Of a DNA stretch of 64,000 bases, positions 61,268 to 64,000 are shown one piece after another. Source of the DNA: Adineta vaga (lineage: Eukaryota > Animalia > Rotifera). Location of the stretch: the NCBI GenBank assembly GCA_021613535.1, contig CP075493.1, forward strand, positions 13,764,001 through 13,828,000, read 5' to 3'. Made by a program: the position numbers and the translations under genes. How positions within the stretch are numbered: the stretch's first letter is position 1; each line of letters opens with the position of its first letter. Under the pieces are notes generated by a model, which was given only the letters and a program-made list of their open reading frames with translations, was not told the origin of the DNA and made no database searches.

Positions 61268-64000
61268 GTGTCATTCATTTGTAACGCTGACCGAAGCTTC
61301 TGTCATGAAGCGAAAGTTTATTTTCAAAATCTTAATTTATTTCCTTCAATTCCACCATCAACTGATGAACATCAACTTGCAAATGAACGGCATTCAACAA
61401 GATTTTTCCTTATTCTATTAATTTTATTAATGACCATTCTTCTCTTATACATTTCATTAATTGAAAATAGTCATACTATCAATATTCCAACACCTTCACT
61501 CAATCAATATTCTAATTTATATTCAAAATATTCTGCAACATTAACATGCCCATGTACGAAAATATCAATTGATTATTCCAAACTTATTCAAATAACTTAT
61601 AAATTTCATCAAATATGTTCAAGTGAATTAGTTAAACAAGATTGGTTTGATTATATAACTGAATATCGTCTTACTGGTCAATTATATTTATATGATTTTC
61701 GATCGACAATCAATAAGGTTTTCCAAGGTTTAAGCACATTTTGTAATTTAACAAAAGAACGTATATCAAATGATTTAAATCAATTCTATTCAACACAATT
61801 TGTTAGTATTACATTAATTCCCGAACAAACATTTCAATTACAAACGCAATCATTAATTTCACAATTTATTGCCACTACAATCAATGATTTCTTACTATCA
61901 CTTTCAATCATTCGAAAAACAACGCATACAAATAAAATTTTTTCTGGATTACAAACAAATTATCAACTTTTACCAACTCCCGAACGTCGTTTAATTACTT
62001 CGCCGAATATCTACAACAATTGTTCATGTGATCTTTCATCAACCTGTATTCAACAAGCAACAATTTATGATATTTCAGGTAATACAACTCTATTTACAGT
62101 TCCAGGATTTTATACTGGTTGTTATGTAATTGAATCATTACTTCAATCGAATTTGAAATGTTTCTTCAATCAATCTTGTATTAATCAATTACAAACTTAC
62201 TTAACAGTTTCAACAGCAATAAATGTTACCCAATTGAATCGTTTATCATTAATTCGTTTCCGAGAAAATTCAACAATTCGAGAATTAATAAATGAATTAT
62301 TGATTGAAGAATGGGATTCATCAACTATGTTTCAAAGTTATTATAAAGAATGTCAACCATCACTATGTATTTATACGGATAAAATGAAGAATAGTGCAAT
62401 TTATATCGTTACAACAATCATTGGATTAGTTGGTGGTTTAGTTACAGCATTACAAGTGTTGGTACCACGAATTATTGCGTTTATACGAAAGAAGAAAAAC
62501 GTATCCAATATAACTCAAAGTATAAACTAGGAATATTTCGTGTTAAAAATTGAATATTCTTTTTTTTAGAAACATCAGAACAAAAAGAAAATAAACAAAC
62601 AATTAAACAATATATTTCAACAATGAATATTTTTCCATCGATTCCACCATCCAATGATGAATATCAACTTCATAATGAACGACTGTCCACAAAACTATTT
62701 CTTATTTCATTGATTCTATTATTAATTGTTCTTCTTTTATATACTTCTTTAATTGATAATACTCAAACTATTCAAATTAAAAAACCAACAATGTCACAAT
62801 ATTTACAATCATATTCCAAATATCAAGATGGATTAAATTGTCCATGTACAAAAATCTCGATCAGTTACAATAAATTACTTTCTTTAAAATATCGTTTTCA
62901 CGAAATTTGTACAAGTGTTTTCATTAGTGAAAATTGGTTTAAATATCTTATTCAATATTCGAATATTTATGGTAAAGATATCTTTATCGGTGATTTTCGT
63001 TCAACAGATACATCAATGTTTCAAACAATAAATTCATTTTGTGAATTAATTCAACAAACAATCGCAGATCGTTTAATAGAATTCTATTCAAATCAATTTA
63101 TAAGTTCATCAATTATTTCCTACAATGTTTTTCAATCACAAATTCAATCATTAATTTCACAATTTATTTCTTCAACAACCAATAGTTTTCTATTAGCAAT
63201 TTCAACCATACAAAGTACAACGCAAAGTAATGGATTACTTGCATCACATTTAACAAATTATCTGTATGTCTATGATCAACAAGGTGTAGTAGATATAACA
63301 TCAAGAAAATGGAACAATTGTGATTGTATTTATTCATCAGCATGTATTCAACAAGCGGCAATTTATGATATTTCAGGTAATACAACTCTATTTACAGTTC
63401 CAGGATTTTATATTGGTTGTTATGTAATTGAATCATTACTTCAATCGAATTTGAAATGTTTCTTCAATCAATCTTGTATTAATCAATTACAAACTTACTT
63501 AACAGTTTCAACAGCAATAAATGTTACTCAATTGAATCGATCTTTATTAAATAGTTTTCGAGAAAATTCAACAATTCAAGAACTAGTGAATAAATTAATG
63601 GTTGAAGAATGGAATTCAACGATTATGTTTGATAGTTATTACAGTGAATGTCAACCATCACTATGTATTTATACGGAAAAGATGAAAAATTCGGCAATGT
63701 ATATAATCACAACAGTCATTGGTCTTGTTGGTGGTTTAGTTACAGCTTTGAAATTGCTTGTACCACGATTGGTTATAATTCTAAGAAAGAAAAAAGAACC
63801 AACAAATCAAAATGAAGCTACGAGAAGTCCTAAACGTATTCGAAATTATGTGAAAAATTTGAAACATTATCTTGCAAATCTTAATTTCTTTTCATCTTCC
63901 ACCGCTGATGAAAACGATATCTATAATGAATTAATTTCTACAAGATTATTTCTTTTTCTTCTCATCTTATTCTTAATAATTCTTCTTTTATATACATCAT
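61268..64000 (+). CDS. Second TM-Cys-rich loop-TM module-repeat protein (at least 3 modules; runs off the window; 5' end uncertain)
   Basis: Modules start near 61330, 62623 and 63880 with the same motifs as 12533..18346; phase-1 intron at 62520-62569. Confidence 0.8.

Overview
AT-rich eukaryotic (animal) genomic DNA with short GT-AG introns of about 50-60 nt. The gene content points to a bdelloid rotifer; this is an inference from intron size, orphan GPCRs, NHL/FG-GAP/ART families and many foreign-looking enzymes. The window holds about 25 genes or gene remnants. These include three orphan rhodopsin-type GPCRs, an NHL-repeat protein and two members of a membrane family built from tandem TM-Cys-rich loop-TM modules. 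A putative immune block at ~21-34 kb contains an F-box gene with 14 tandem 28-aa LRR exons, a DUF4062-NACHT-beta-propeller STAND protein and a head-to-head pair of paralogous AIG1/septin-like GTPases. There are also ADP-ribosyltransferase-related genes, a Cys-less E2 fusion, a Ser-less lipase, several HGT-candidate enzymes, an EF-hand protein, transposon remnants and several genes with nonsense or frameshift lesions. The best leads are the cassette-like hypervariable LRR exon array, the three-module membrane protein whose topology resembles a concatenated trimeric DEG/ENaC/P2X-type channel, and the STAND plus GTPase-pair cluster. All homology calls come from motif recognition by eye; no database searches were run.
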